A DNA stretch of 64,000 bases from Candidatus Moraniibacteriota bacterium (GTDB lineage: Bacteria; Patescibacteriota; Minisyncoccia; Moranbacterales; GCA-2747515): positions 77,977 through 141,976 of the forward strand of contig JBBQZC010000001.1 in the NCBI GenBank assembly GCA_038208115.1, given 5' to 3'. The notes beneath the pieces are model-generated. The model worked only from the letters and a program-made list of their open reading frames with translations. It was not told the DNA's origin and ran no database searches. The translations under genes were made by a program, and so were the position numbers. This document shows positions 18,667 to 28,365 of the stretch, piece after piece; within the stretch, counting starts at the first letter, position 1; each line of letters opens with the position of its first letter.

Positions 18667-18865
18667 TTTCTCCTCCCATGTTTACTACGCGTATATTGAA
18701 TTAATTATCAAAAAACTACATTATCTATTTATATTATACATGCTTAAAGATATAAATAAAAGACTCTCACTTTTCCAGATTTTCAGACTTTTTAAAAAAA
18801 TTTCTTTATGCTACACTAAGATTATATAAAGTATTCTTAAATACCTATTAAAATCATCATTCTAC

Positions 18866-19450
18866 ATGAAAATCATCTCTATTTCTGGCATTGATGGATC
18901 TGGCAAATCCACTCAGATACAGTCACTCAAAAAATATCTTGAAAAAAACGGTGAAAAAGTATACTACTTTCATGCGGTTACTTTTTCTATTGCCAACCTC
19001 CTTCATGGTACAAAAAAAACGAGATTCGACGTCAAAAAACCAGATATCACTCGCGCATCATGGTCAAAAATTCAACTACGTAAAATCGCCCTCTTTTGTG
19101 ACATTGTCCGTTTTCAGTTTCTCATCAGGCGACTATCATGCGCATGTTATACATATATTCTCTCTGACCGATATTTTTATGATATGATCGTCAACACATC
19201 CTATCTCTCTGGCAAAAAATACCTCCCATTTTTCTTGTCGTTTGTTCAAAAACCCAATCATGCATTTTTCCTTTCTGTGGACCCTAATGAAATCATGCGA
19301 CGAGAAAACACACCAGAACAAGGTATAAATTATTTGTTAAAAAAAGATCAGTTATATCAAGATTATTGCAAGACATTTCATTTTACCATTATTGATGGCT
19401 ACGACGAGCCCACTACAATTACAAAACGACTAATTGACACTATTTCCTAA
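18866..19450 (+). CDS. thymidylate-kinase-family P-loop kinase
   Basis: P-loop ISGIDGSGKST plus a DRY motif (LSDRYFYDM) at the Tmk-typical spacing. 194 aa. Confidence 0.5.
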   Translation: MKIISISGIDGSGKSTQIQSLKKYLEKNGEKVYYFHAVTFSIANLLHGTKKTRFDVKKPDITRASWSKIQLRKIALFCDIVRFQFLIRRLSCACYTYILSDRYFYDMIVNTSYLSGKKYLPFFLSFVQKPNHAFFLSVDPNEIMRRENTPEQGINYLLKKDQLYQDYCKTFHFTIIDGYDEPTTITKRLIDTIS

Positions 19451-19478
19451 ATTACATATTGATTTTTAGACATCTTAT

Positions 19479-20951
19479 ATGAAAAATTTTTCTCGCTCAC
19501 TGATTTGGCTTACATTTTCTGAAATATTTTTTACGGCTGCAGGTTATATTATCCACTCTGCACTCGGACGCATTCTTGAACCTGCTGACTATGGTCGCTA
19601 CAGTCTCATCATTACACTCACCACAATGATCGTCATACTAATCGGCAATGGCATACCAACTGCCATGTCCAAATACATTAGCGAGATATTTGAGAGCGAT
19701 CCTTCCCAAATTCGCATGATCAAAAGAAAAACGATCATGCTTCAAACAATTCTGATATGTGCTGTAACTGTCGTATTTTTTCTTGCGTCACCTCTACTTG
19801 CATATGCACTTGGCGACACGACTCTTACACCGCTCTTTCGCATCTCTGCTTTTATCATCCCTGCATTCGCAGCAGCATCATTTTATTTTTATTATTACAC
19901 TGGCTTACATTTCTTTCGCTTACAATCCATCCTCAAAGTGACACGTGCATCTGGTCGCATCATATTTATCATTGGACTTGCATATTTTTTTGGGGTAGAG
20001 GGGGCAATATCTGGATACATTGCCGCACCATTATTTGTTTTCTCCGTTGCCTTCATCTGTGATTTACTCATTACACACCGCTATTTTCCCGCTACAAAAA
20101 CAGGAGAGAGACCTTTGAAAGAAACATATACTTCTTCAAAAATCCTCAACTATGCGTGGCCACTGACATTATTTTTGCTTTTTTATGAATTAATCTCAAC
20201 TATCGATCTATATTTTGTCAAAGCACTTCTTCATAGCGATCATCTCACGGGTATTTATAATGCAGCGATTACGGCTGGTCGCATTCCTTATTTTCTCTTC
20301 TATGCACTTACGATCATTCTTCTCCCAGCCATATCAAAGACGACCTCCGAGCGTAATGACACAGAAACTACCTCCCTCATTGATCGTTCATTGCGACTAA
20401 TGGTATTTATCCTCTTTCCACTTATCACTCTTCTGGTCATCTATAGCAAGCAAACGATCTTGATTATTTATGGTCGCGATTATCTCGAGGCAATCATCCC
20501 AATGGGAATTTATGTTGTTGGTGCTGGATTTCTAACAGTATTTTATGTACTAAGCTTTGTTCTAAATGGTGGTGGATTAGTGAAAATTCCTATGTGGATC
20601 ACATTTTGGGGTCTCCTTTTAAACACCCTACTCAACGTCATACTCATTCCACGATATGAACTCATCGGCGCTTCGTGCTCTGTAATAATAGTATCTTTTA
20701 TACTCATGATTTCATCACTATTCTATATAAAAAAACATTTTCACGTACAGCTCCCGATGATGTTATGGCTCGTATCGATACTCTCCATAATAATTATTAC
20801 AGTCATTTCCAACATCCTTCCACATGGCTCATGGAGCTTCATTCTATCAAGCATTGTTCTTGTCATAATCTATTTTGGTATCTTACGCATTTCAGGACAA
20901 TTCACAAACTATGACGTAACAATGTTTCTGAAATCAAAAAAAAATAAATAA
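19479..20951 (+). CDS. MOP-superfamily polysaccharide/oligosaccharide flippase (Wzx-like)
   Basis: 490 aa with ~14 predicted TM helices and typical Polysacc_synt-type hydropathy. Gly-rich helix pairs. Confidence 0.6.
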   Translation: MKNFSRSLIWLTFSEIFFTAAGYIIHSALGRILEPADYGRYSLIITLTTMIVILIGNGIPTAMSKYISEIFESDPSQIRMIKRKTIMLQTILICAVTVVFFLASPLLAYALGDTTLTPLFRISAFIIPAFAAASFYFYYYTGLHFFRLQSILKVTRASGRIIFIIGLAYFFGVEGAISGYIAAPLFVFSVAFICDLLITHRYFPATKTGERPLKETYTSSKILNYAWPLTLFLLFYELISTIDLYFVKALLHSDHLTGIYNAAITAGRIPYFLFYALTIILLPAISKTTSERNDTETTSLIDRSLRLMVFILFPLITLLVIYSKQTILIIYGRDYLEAIIPMGIYVVGAGFLTVFYVLSFVLNGGGLVKIPMWITFWGLLLNTLLNVILIPRYELIGASCSVIIVSFILMISSLFYIKKHFHVQLPMMLWLVSILSIIIITVISNILPHGSWSFILSSIVLVIIYFGILRISGQFTNYDVTMFLKSKKNK

Positions 20952-20998
20952 ACGATGCGACTGGTCACACATATAAAAATCTAAAATAAAAACTCCAT

Positions 20999-22186
20999 AT
21001 GAAATATTTTACTGGCAAGATTTCCCCAGACCTCACATATCTGTATATTAGTCGAACAATTGTATATTTTTCAAATGGTTTTTTTGCAATATTTCTACCA
21101 GTTTTTTTCTACATCACATTTGGCAATATTACAGACACTTTGATCTTCTATTTAATCGGGGCAATCCTATATATGATACTATTGCCTTGCACCACGAAAC
21201 AAATCGAGCGATTCAATCTGAAAAAATCACTCTACATTTCTACAATTGCAAATATTTTTTTTCTACTTACACTAAGTATCACCACAGCTCACAATATTTG
21301 GTACATGGCCGTCATTGCACAAATTTTCGCTACAATATTTCGCTTATTGTTCTGGTTGCCATATCACACTGCTTTTACCAAGTTTTCAGATCAAAACAAT
21401 CGCATGCGAGAAGTCAGTTTTTTTATGGCGACAATGCACATTGTTGGTGCTATTTCACCATTTATCGCCGGCATTATTCTCAGTATCTCGACATATCAAA
21501 TGCTATTTATTGTTGGCATATGCATTTACGCTCTTTCGATGATCCCTCTGCTGACATTATCAGACGTGCATGAGACATATGCATGGTCTTATGTTGAAAC
21601 ATGGAAAAAATTGTTTGCTAAAAAATATCGCCCAGCTATGATCGCATATTTTGCAGACGGTGCAGAGTCAGCTGTCGGACTAGTTATATGGCCAATTTTT
21701 GTATTTATCCTTCTAAAAGGAGACTATCTCTCAATTGGTATTATTTCTGCTGCTACAATTAGTATCACCGTTTTACTTGAATTATTTGTTGGAAAATATG
21801 CAGATACAGAAATTGATGTAAAAAATATTTTAAAAGTTAATTCAATTTTGTATGCAATTGGATGGATCATGAAAATATTCATCATCACAGGATTTCACAT
21901 ATTTCTTGCAGATGTGTACCACAAGGTCACCAAAGCACTATCACAAAATTCTCTTGACGCTATTACATACGACATATCAGCAGATCAAGGACATTATGTT
22001 GATGAATTTACAGTACTCAAAGAAATCGCATTAAACATTGGAAGAATAAGCTTGTATTCTGCTGCAATTATAATAGTTTTCTTTACAAGTCTCCAATGGA
22101 CATTTCTTTTAGCAGCTATTGCCACAATTCTTGTCAATGCAATTCGATTACAGAAAAAATCAAGTTTTTATTCCTTGCTTTCATAA
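20999..22186 (+). CDS. polytopic membrane protein, MFS-transporter-like
   Basis: 395 aa with ~12 TM helices in 6+6 arrangement and a central loop. Confidence 0.4.
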   Translation: MKYFTGKISPDLTYLYISRTIVYFSNGFFAIFLPVFFYITFGNITDTLIFYLIGAILYMILLPCTTKQIERFNLKKSLYISTIANIFFLLTLSITTAHNIWYMAVIAQIFATIFRLLFWLPYHTAFTKFSDQNNRMREVSFFMATMHIVGAISPFIAGIILSISTYQMLFIVGICIYALSMIPLLTLSDVHETYAWSYVETWKKLFAKKYRPAMIAYFADGAESAVGLVIWPIFVFILLKGDYLSIGIISAATISITVLLELFVGKYADTEIDVKNILKVNSILYAIGWIMKIFIITGFHIFLADVYHKVTKALSQNSLDAITYDISADQGHYVDEFTVLKEIALNIGRISLYSAAIIIVFFTSLQWTFLLAAIATILVNAIRLQKKSSFYSLLS

Positions 22187-22710
22187 AAATTTTTCAATTT
22201 TTCAATTGCGATTTTACGCATGCTGATTGCATTTTTTTCTTTTTTTGTCATTTCTGCAAACGTATGCTCATATCCATCAGGTACGAATATCTGATCCCAT
22301 GCAAAACCTTCAATACCACATGGAAATACTAAACGCCCATACACGACTCCCTCAAAAAATTGTACGTGCCCAGAATTATTCATATATCCAACGATTGTAC
22401 GGGCGCATGCACTGAAATTTTTATATTTCGCAGCAATATCATAAAGTCCTTCCACACCAATTGTTACTATAAACCATTTGATTAGTGGGCCGGGTAAGCC
22501 ATGCATGCAATCGAGATACAGAGATGTGTCTTCAACAATCATTCGCCCCTTATGATGTTTCCGTGCTTCTTGTAATTTTGCAACAATGATCTTATGTGCA
22601 TCAATTTCTTGGATTTCCGGAAGATCAATATCCAATTGGACAAGACACGGCATAATCTGCCGTGCCTCTTCAAATTTATTCTTACTCCCTGTTACAAAAT
22701 GAATATCCAT
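22168..22710 (-). CDS. non-canonical purine NTP pyrophosphatase (Ham1/RdgB/ITPase family)
   Basis: FVTGSKNKFEEA N-terminus, VEDTSLYLDCMHGLPGPLIKWF substrate-binding motif, and FAWDQIFVP at the C-terminus. 180 aa. Confidence 0.8.
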   Translation of the reverse strand: MDIHFVTGSKNKFEEARQIMPCLVQLDIDLPEIQEIDAHKIIVAKLQEARKHHKGRMIVEDTSLYLDCMHGLPGPLIKWFIVTIGVEGLYDIAAKYKNFSACARTIVGYMNNSGHVQFFEGVVYGRLVFPCGIEGFAWDQIFVPDGYEHTFAEMTKKEKNAISMRKIAIEKLKNFYESKE

Positions 22711-22753
22711 AAAAAATAAATTTTCTCGATGTTCAGAGTTTCATTATTAAACT

Positions 22754-23503
22754 CTATTTAATCTTATATGTTACTGAGACTTTTGATACAAATTGATTTT
22801 CTCCTTCAGGTACAACTGGTGCAGATGATTCCATATCAGCGCTCATCATCGATTTTTCTGCTCCATACATTGGTACAGGATTAACTCCTTCATCACTATA
22901 ATCATAGAAGCTCACGACTTGATCTAAATCAACACCGAGGTCTTTTGCGATCTTCTCCGCATTGACCTTTGCGTCTGCAATTGCCTGTTCACGTAACTTT
23001 TTATTCACAGCTTCGTCATCATCCACAAAAAATGTGAGTTGTGACACATTATCGAGATCAGCGCTATTTACAATATTCAAGACTTGTGACACCGTTTGTA
23101 AGTCACGTATGATCACTTCAACACGCTGTGACACACGATACCCTTCAAATCGTTGCGTACCATTGTCATATGTGTACTCTGGTGCAATATCGTAATTGAT
23201 TGTTTTAATGTCTTTTTCCGCAACAGCTTCTTTTTTAAGTTCACTTACGAGCGTTCCCATTCGTTCATTTACTGATTTTGTGGCTACATCGGTCGATATA
23301 TTTTTTGCTGTCACACCAAAAGATACCTTTGCCGTATCTGGTTTTACAAATGTTTCTGCCTTACCATCTACTGAAATCGTATGTTCAGATACTGAAGAAT
23401 TCATATCAACAGTAATACTTCTCGCAGTAAATACCATATATACCATCAGAGCAAAGATGCCGACAATGCATATTTGCGAAATTAGTTTCGTGTCTAAATT
23501 CAT
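22754..23503 (-). CDS. SIMPL/DUF541-family periplasmic protein
   Basis: Signal anchor, then ISVDGKAETFVKPDTAKVSFGVTA, typical of the DUF541 (26-kDa periplasmic immunogenic protein) fold. Confidence 0.55.
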   Translation of the reverse strand: MNLDTKLISQICIVGIFALMVYMVFTARSITVDMNSSVSEHTISVDGKAETFVKPDTAKVSFGVTAKNISTDVATKSVNERMGTLVSELKKEAVAEKDIKTINYDIAPEYTYDNGTQRFEGYRVSQRVEVIIRDLQTVSQVLNIVNSADLDNVSQLTFFVDDDEAVNKKLREQAIADAKVNAEKIAKDLGVDLDQVVSFYDYSDEGVNPVPMYGAEKSMMSADMESSAPVVPEGENQFVSKVSVTYKIK

Positions 23504-23830
23504 GTTTTTTAATATTAATAAATTATGTTTCTATAATATCACATTATAATTTTTGCAACCACTTTTTTTCTAGAGTTTTATCTAGATCAATATGAGGAAT
23601 ATGCGCATCAAAGATTACCATCCTGATGATATTAGAAAAAACTTGTGCGACACTTTCTCGCGATTTTTCCTCTGCCATAAATTTTTCAGGGCGACTCATT
23701 TTTTTTATGAATTAGCAACGTCTGGGCAAATTCATCTACTTCCGCATGCATCCTTCAGTGCAACAAATTTATTAGCATTTTCGATGATTTATTTTGCATA
23801 AATGACAATTCCATGAAATAATCCTCTGAT

Positions 23831-24799
23831 TTACGTGATATCATCTTTTGGTCCTCGAATCACAACAAAGACCTTCTTTGCGATTTTATACACGATAAAC
23901 ACAATTATGCCATAAAGGATCACAATAGGGATCACACGTACTATTAAAACAATCACGAAGTTCACAAATCCCTGCATGTCTTTTAGTAGTGAATTGATGG
24001 TTTCTCTTGCAATTTGCATTGGTCGCCACTGATCAGAAAATGTTACAGTAGTATCTTCTGTTACAGAAATACTGATACGTGCAAAATCCGTCTGTGATTC
24101 CATAAATACAACCTGTCCTTGCAGTCGTTCAATCTCTCCTCGCACTCTGGAAACTTCTCGCGTCACCTCTAATACATCAGAGACCTTCCCTGCTTGATCA
24201 AGAATCTTGAGAAATGATTGCTCCTCCGCTTGTTTATTCTTTATTTGTACCTGTAAATCATGAAATGCCATCGTTACATCCTCACCATATGTAGCCTCAT
24301 TCATTACCAGTGTTGCGACTTTCTTCACAGCATCAAATGTTTCTCCAAAACGATCCACTGGAACGCGTATTTCTATGGTTCCATTTTTGATATTTTGATC
24401 TGTTTGATAAAAATTTGATGAAAAAATCTCACCGTGATTATTCTTGGCGATTGATGTAATATCCTCTAGCGCATGATCAGCATCATTAACCCGCACAGTG
24501 AGACTTCCATTTTTAATTTCTTTTTTTTCTGATTCATTGACCTGCACAGTATCGGAAACCATACCAGCTGATACCGGGGCTGATTCATCCATCATGCCCA
24601 TATAACCATCAGTTACACCATTTTCACGCGATGCGGATGAAAATGACTTACTACTAATCGGTGCAACGTCAAGATTCATCATATTCATTGATTCAATGGT
24701 CTGACGTGACCCACTACTCATACGTAAAGCCGTTATGATTGCCGCCACAAAAATGATGATAATTGCACCTCCGATGACATATTTTTTAAACCTTTCCAT
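23831..24799 (-). CDS. membrane-anchored hypothetical protein (DUF4349-like architecture)
   Basis: N-terminal TM, a central coiled-coil-prone domain (EIERLQGQVVFMESQ) and a C-terminal TM hairpin. Assigned by architecture only. Confidence 0.35.
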   Translation of the reverse strand: MERFKKYVIGGAIIIIFVAAIITALRMSSGSRQTIESMNMMNLDVAPISSKSFSSASRENGVTDGYMGMMDESAPVSAGMVSDTVQVNESEKKEIKNGSLTVRVNDADHALEDITSIAKNNHGEIFSSNFYQTDQNIKNGTIEIRVPVDRFGETFDAVKKVATLVMNEATYGEDVTMAFHDLQVQIKNKQAEEQSFLKILDQAGKVSDVLEVTREVSRVRGEIERLQGQVVFMESQTDFARISISVTEDTTVTFSDQWRPMQIARETINSLLKDMQGFVNFVIVLIVRVIPIVILYGIIVFIVYKIAKKVFVVIRGPKDDIT

Positions 24800-24847
24800 G
24801 TTTTTGCATATTAATTTTTATAATGATAAATCATGAACGATACTTTT

Positions 24848-26593
24848 TTATTTATCTGAATACTCTTCAAAAATTTGACGCCAGAGATATCGCTTTTGCA
24901 CACCATCCGCAAAATCTGGATCACGCTCATCAATGAAATCTTTTTTTTCTTGATCTGTAACAGCAGACTGCTTTTGCACCATGCGATAAACTGTCAATGT
25001 ACCAAATATCCTTTTTTCCGCTATATCCAAGCATGGTGCAAATTTCGTTAACATATCATTTTGATCTGATTGTGTACGAATGATAATAAAATAATTCCCC
25101 TGTGCATAAATTGTATTGCAACTCGAAAAACCATCCTTCAAAACATCTTTCCGTGAAAGGATCTCCAAAAATGCGCGCTTGTATTCCAATTGTGCATCAA
25201 AAAAGATCGGCTGCTGATTTGCGTGATAAAATGTTGTCATCCACGTTGTAATAATCTGCATTTGTTCATATGTTACTCGTACTTTTTCTTTAAGAATACG
25301 ATCATGATGTGCGATCACAAGCGTAGGCTCAGTCGCTGCACGAGATAATTCATCATAGTATCGTGCCACAAAATAGAGGTTACATGCAACACAAAGACTG
25401 ACTACAATAATGCCCAAGATTCTACCAAATTTCTTATGTTCAGCCATTAATGCACATGGCAACAATCCCAATATGACAAATGCCAATGGAGCATTTAGAA
25501 GAAAAAATCGTGGCGCCAAATCATACGCAAGAGGCGTATATACAAGAAATAACACAACCGACCACACTAATATAATCCGCAAGAAATCTTTTTTCTGTTG
25601 ATCACTTTCTGTGTAATATAAAAACACCCAACTCACAACACCAAGAAAAAGCATCAGTAATGATAGCACCCCACGAACAAGTCCGTGACGACAATCATAT
25701 TGACATTGCAGATCACTGCCACGTAGCTCGGGAATAGCAGCTAATTGATCCCCAGTGAGAATCATCCAGTAAAATTGCGTATGCTGCCCAATATTATAAA
25801 CGAATTTATCCAGAAGAGAATGTGATAATTGATCACCTTCACCACCGCGATCTAAAACGACGTCGATAAATACGGTAGCATTTTCTCCACCAGTTTTAAT
25901 GTCATTGATAATCAATGGAATATTCAAAAATAAAAATACTCCGATTGCCAATATCCAATAACGCAAAGCAATCCATGGTCGAACCCAGATAAAATATATA
26001 ATCGCTATGAGTGGCATTGTCACAAAGGCAACAAAATGCATATTGGTAATAAAAGCTAAGGCAATACTAGCAACTACAAGCCACCATCCAGCATGTTTAT
26101 TTACAGAGTCATTTGTCCGCAGTAGTGCATAGATAAAAAGCAATGTAAATATGAGAATCAAATTTGGATTCCATCCAAATCGACTATACACAATGAGAAA
26201 AAGCGATACTGTAAAAATACTTGTCAACCCACACGACAGCACAGCGTCAAAATATCGTCTCACAAAAACATAAAATAATGGGATAGCTAAAATATTCAAA
26301 ATCAACACAATAGCAACACTCCCAGCAGGTGTGTCTCCAAATACGAGTGCACTACCATATTCTAAATAATACATCAATGGTCCCAATCGCAAAAATGATC
26401 CAGCAGCACGCGGCCCCTGAAGTGGTAATTCACCTGGACCATACTCAATCGCAGCATGCACCACGCGAAAATCGCGCGCCTGGTCCAGTTGATAATGCAT
26501 CCAATCAGCATAGTGATATGCACGTAAAAAAGCACCCACTGCAATAACAAGAAATACAATCCAAAAAATTTTATTATGTAAGAGATTTTTCAT
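24848..26593 (-). CDS. GT-C-fold polytopic membrane glycosyltransferase-like protein (ArnT/PMT_2-like, DQ variant)
   Basis: 581 aa with ~12 TM helices. The first loop FLRAYHYADWMHYQLDQARDF aligns with the ArnT/PMT first-loop motif but carries DQ instead of DE. Paralog of 32513-34123 (shared FRLGP.FYY.EY.SALVFGD.P.G). Confidence 0.5.
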   Translation of the reverse strand: MKNLLHNKIFWIVFLVIAVGAFLRAYHYADWMHYQLDQARDFRVVHAAIEYGPGELPLQGPRAAGSFLRLGPLMYYLEYGSALVFGDTPAGSVAIVLILNILAIPLFYVFVRRYFDAVLSCGLTSIFTVSLFLIVYSRFGWNPNLILIFTLLFIYALLRTNDSVNKHAGWWLVVASIALAFITNMHFVAFVTMPLIAIIYFIWVRPWIALRYWILAIGVFLFLNIPLIINDIKTGGENATVFIDVVLDRGGEGDQLSHSLLDKFVYNIGQHTQFYWMILTGDQLAAIPELRGSDLQCQYDCRHGLVRGVLSLLMLFLGVVSWVFLYYTESDQQKKDFLRIILVWSVVLFLVYTPLAYDLAPRFFLLNAPLAFVILGLLPCALMAEHKKFGRILGIIVVSLCVACNLYFVARYYDELSRAATEPTLVIAHHDRILKEKVRVTYEQMQIITTWMTTFYHANQQPIFFDAQLEYKRAFLEILSRKDVLKDGFSSCNTIYAQGNYFIIIRTQSDQNDMLTKFAPCLDIAEKRIFGTLTVYRMVQKQSAVTDQEKKDFIDERDPDFADGVQKRYLWRQIFEEYSDK

Positions 26594-26639
26594 CTATTTT
26601 TTACTTATGGATGTTACATGCTCGAGGTGTACTTTTTCA

Positions 26640-28298
26640 TTATTTATTGCTGACATTCCATCGATACACTTGCACATCTCCACGCACAAGTGACGAATCA
26701 TCTATTTTTGTGAAATATGTATCAAAATATTTCTGCGCTTCTTTTTCAATAAATACCTCATCATTATCAGCTATCACCACCCATCCCGACGGGTAGTCTG
26801 CAACAATGTCTTGCACATATTTCATAGTAATCCGCTTCACTTTACCTTCCTCTGCCAATTGCTCCTCCGATCGCTCCGAACCAAAATCAAAAACTGTAAT
26901 ATCTAATCCACTCCAGTAATAATTGCGAAAATTACGCGTAATCAGAACATCGCCCACCTGCGCATTTCGTTTTATATAGTCAAACACTTTTCGATAATTT
27001 GCCGTGTCAGCGCTTGCAGTAATATGATATGTATTATTTTCTTGCATAAAATATCCGTAATTTGGCAAAAAAATGCACCCCGCAATAATAATGGAAATAC
27101 AGCCACCCTTGCATCCACTTGACAGCGTGCTTACATACTCGGCAACACAGACAACTCCTGCTGCTGCTAAGATAAGCCCAAATGGTTGTGCAAAAAATAT
27201 ATACTGTGCACCTACATTGCGTAGCCATAAAAACATCGCCATAAAAAGAAGTCCAAAAAAAGTACTGACAATCCAGATGCCCGCACGAGGATCCTCTTGC
27301 CTCTTGATGAGATGCCATCCACCGACAATCATCATCACCCCACCGAGTAATGGATGCCAATAATTACGCAAAATATGTCCAATATAGCTCCAATGATTTT
27401 CAAAAAATACTATCGTTTGTGAAAAGTACGCCCAATCTGCAGGACGTAGTATTTTTATCAATAGCATCCCCATGCCGATAACGCATACGTAAGAAATATA
27501 TCGTTTTCGCATCACACCGCTACTGAAATATATCATCACGACAAAATAGAGAGATGTAACAATAATAAAATTACCTGTAAGTACATGGAGATGCATCGCC
27601 AAAGCACCACACAAAATTACTGGTACGACATAGATCCATCGCACAGCGAAGAATACACGTATAAAAACACCCTTTCCCGCTTGAACGTTCTCTCCCACAC
27701 GATCCACGCACGATTCAATGAACTGAAAAAGACTCCACATGAATAACAAAAAAACTGGGGCAAACATACTGTACATCCGAATCTTTCGATTGATTTCGAT
27801 CGCTGGCACACTCACTACCCACAAAAAAGTAGCCACGAGAGCAATCCACCGATTTTTTGTAAAACTCAATGTGACAAAATACAAAATAATTGATGTAAGC
27901 ACACCCCATAAAACACTTACCAAACGAGTAGTAAATTCCGTTGGCGGTAAGTACTTGTATAACTGAGCCACTTGCCATCGATAAATCCATGCACGTTCAT
28001 CACTCGCTTCATTGAGACGCACATTTGGCTCACCGTGATTAAAATCCCAAGCCTGCCATTGTCCAGTTTGGAAATATCCATACGTTGCATTCACATCCAA
28101 AAATTCGTCTGCTACAAATGGTGTGCTATCCAAACGCCACAAACGCATACCCATACCAAGTAGCATAATACAAATCAAAACTACATAAAACCATCGATTA
28201 CAACGCAATTCATTCATGAGATGGTTTTTCATAATGTTCTGTATCAATTTAATATATATACCAATTGTAGTGTATTTAAGGGGACTTTGCAATGACAT
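26640..28298 (-). CDS. GT-C glycosyltransferase, family 39/83-like (ArnT/PMT-type)
   Basis: Canonical first periplasmic loop RLWRLDSTPFVADEFLDVNATYGYFQTGQW (DE motif) and ~12 TM helices. A likelier start is the internal Met at 28217 or 28232. Confidence 0.65.
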   Translation of the reverse strand: MSLQSPLKYTTIGIYIKLIQNIMKNHLMNELRCNRWFYVVLICIMLLGMGMRLWRLDSTPFVADEFLDVNATYGYFQTGQWQAWDFNHGEPNVRLNEASDERAWIYRWQVAQLYKYLPPTEFTTRLVSVLWGVLTSIILYFVTLSFTKNRWIALVATFLWVVSVPAIEINRKIRMYSMFAPVFLLFMWSLFQFIESCVDRVGENVQAGKGVFIRVFFAVRWIYVVPVILCGALAMHLHVLTGNFIIVTSLYFVVMIYFSSGVMRKRYISYVCVIGMGMLLIKILRPADWAYFSQTIVFFENHWSYIGHILRNYWHPLLGGVMMIVGGWHLIKRQEDPRAGIWIVSTFFGLLFMAMFLWLRNVGAQYIFFAQPFGLILAAAGVVCVAEYVSTLSSGCKGGCISIIIAGCIFLPNYGYFMQENNTYHITASADTANYRKVFDYIKRNAQVGDVLITRNFRNYYWSGLDITVFDFGSERSEEQLAEEGKVKRITMKYVQDIVADYPSGWVVIADNDEVFIEKEAQKYFDTYFTKIDDSSLVRGDVQVYRWNVSNK

Positions 28299-28365
28299 TC
28301 CTTTTCAATCAAGGGATTATTATATATACTACATCTATACACAATAGATATCACATAATCATCAT

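Noticed and set aside
23544-23699. 51-aa minus-strand ORF (MSRPEKFMAEEKSRESVAQVF...) in the 330-bp gap upstream of the SIMPL gene.
   Set aside because: It has a plausible charged composition but no Shine-Dalgarno sequence, and nothing recognisable. It is too weak to call and is kept only as a note.
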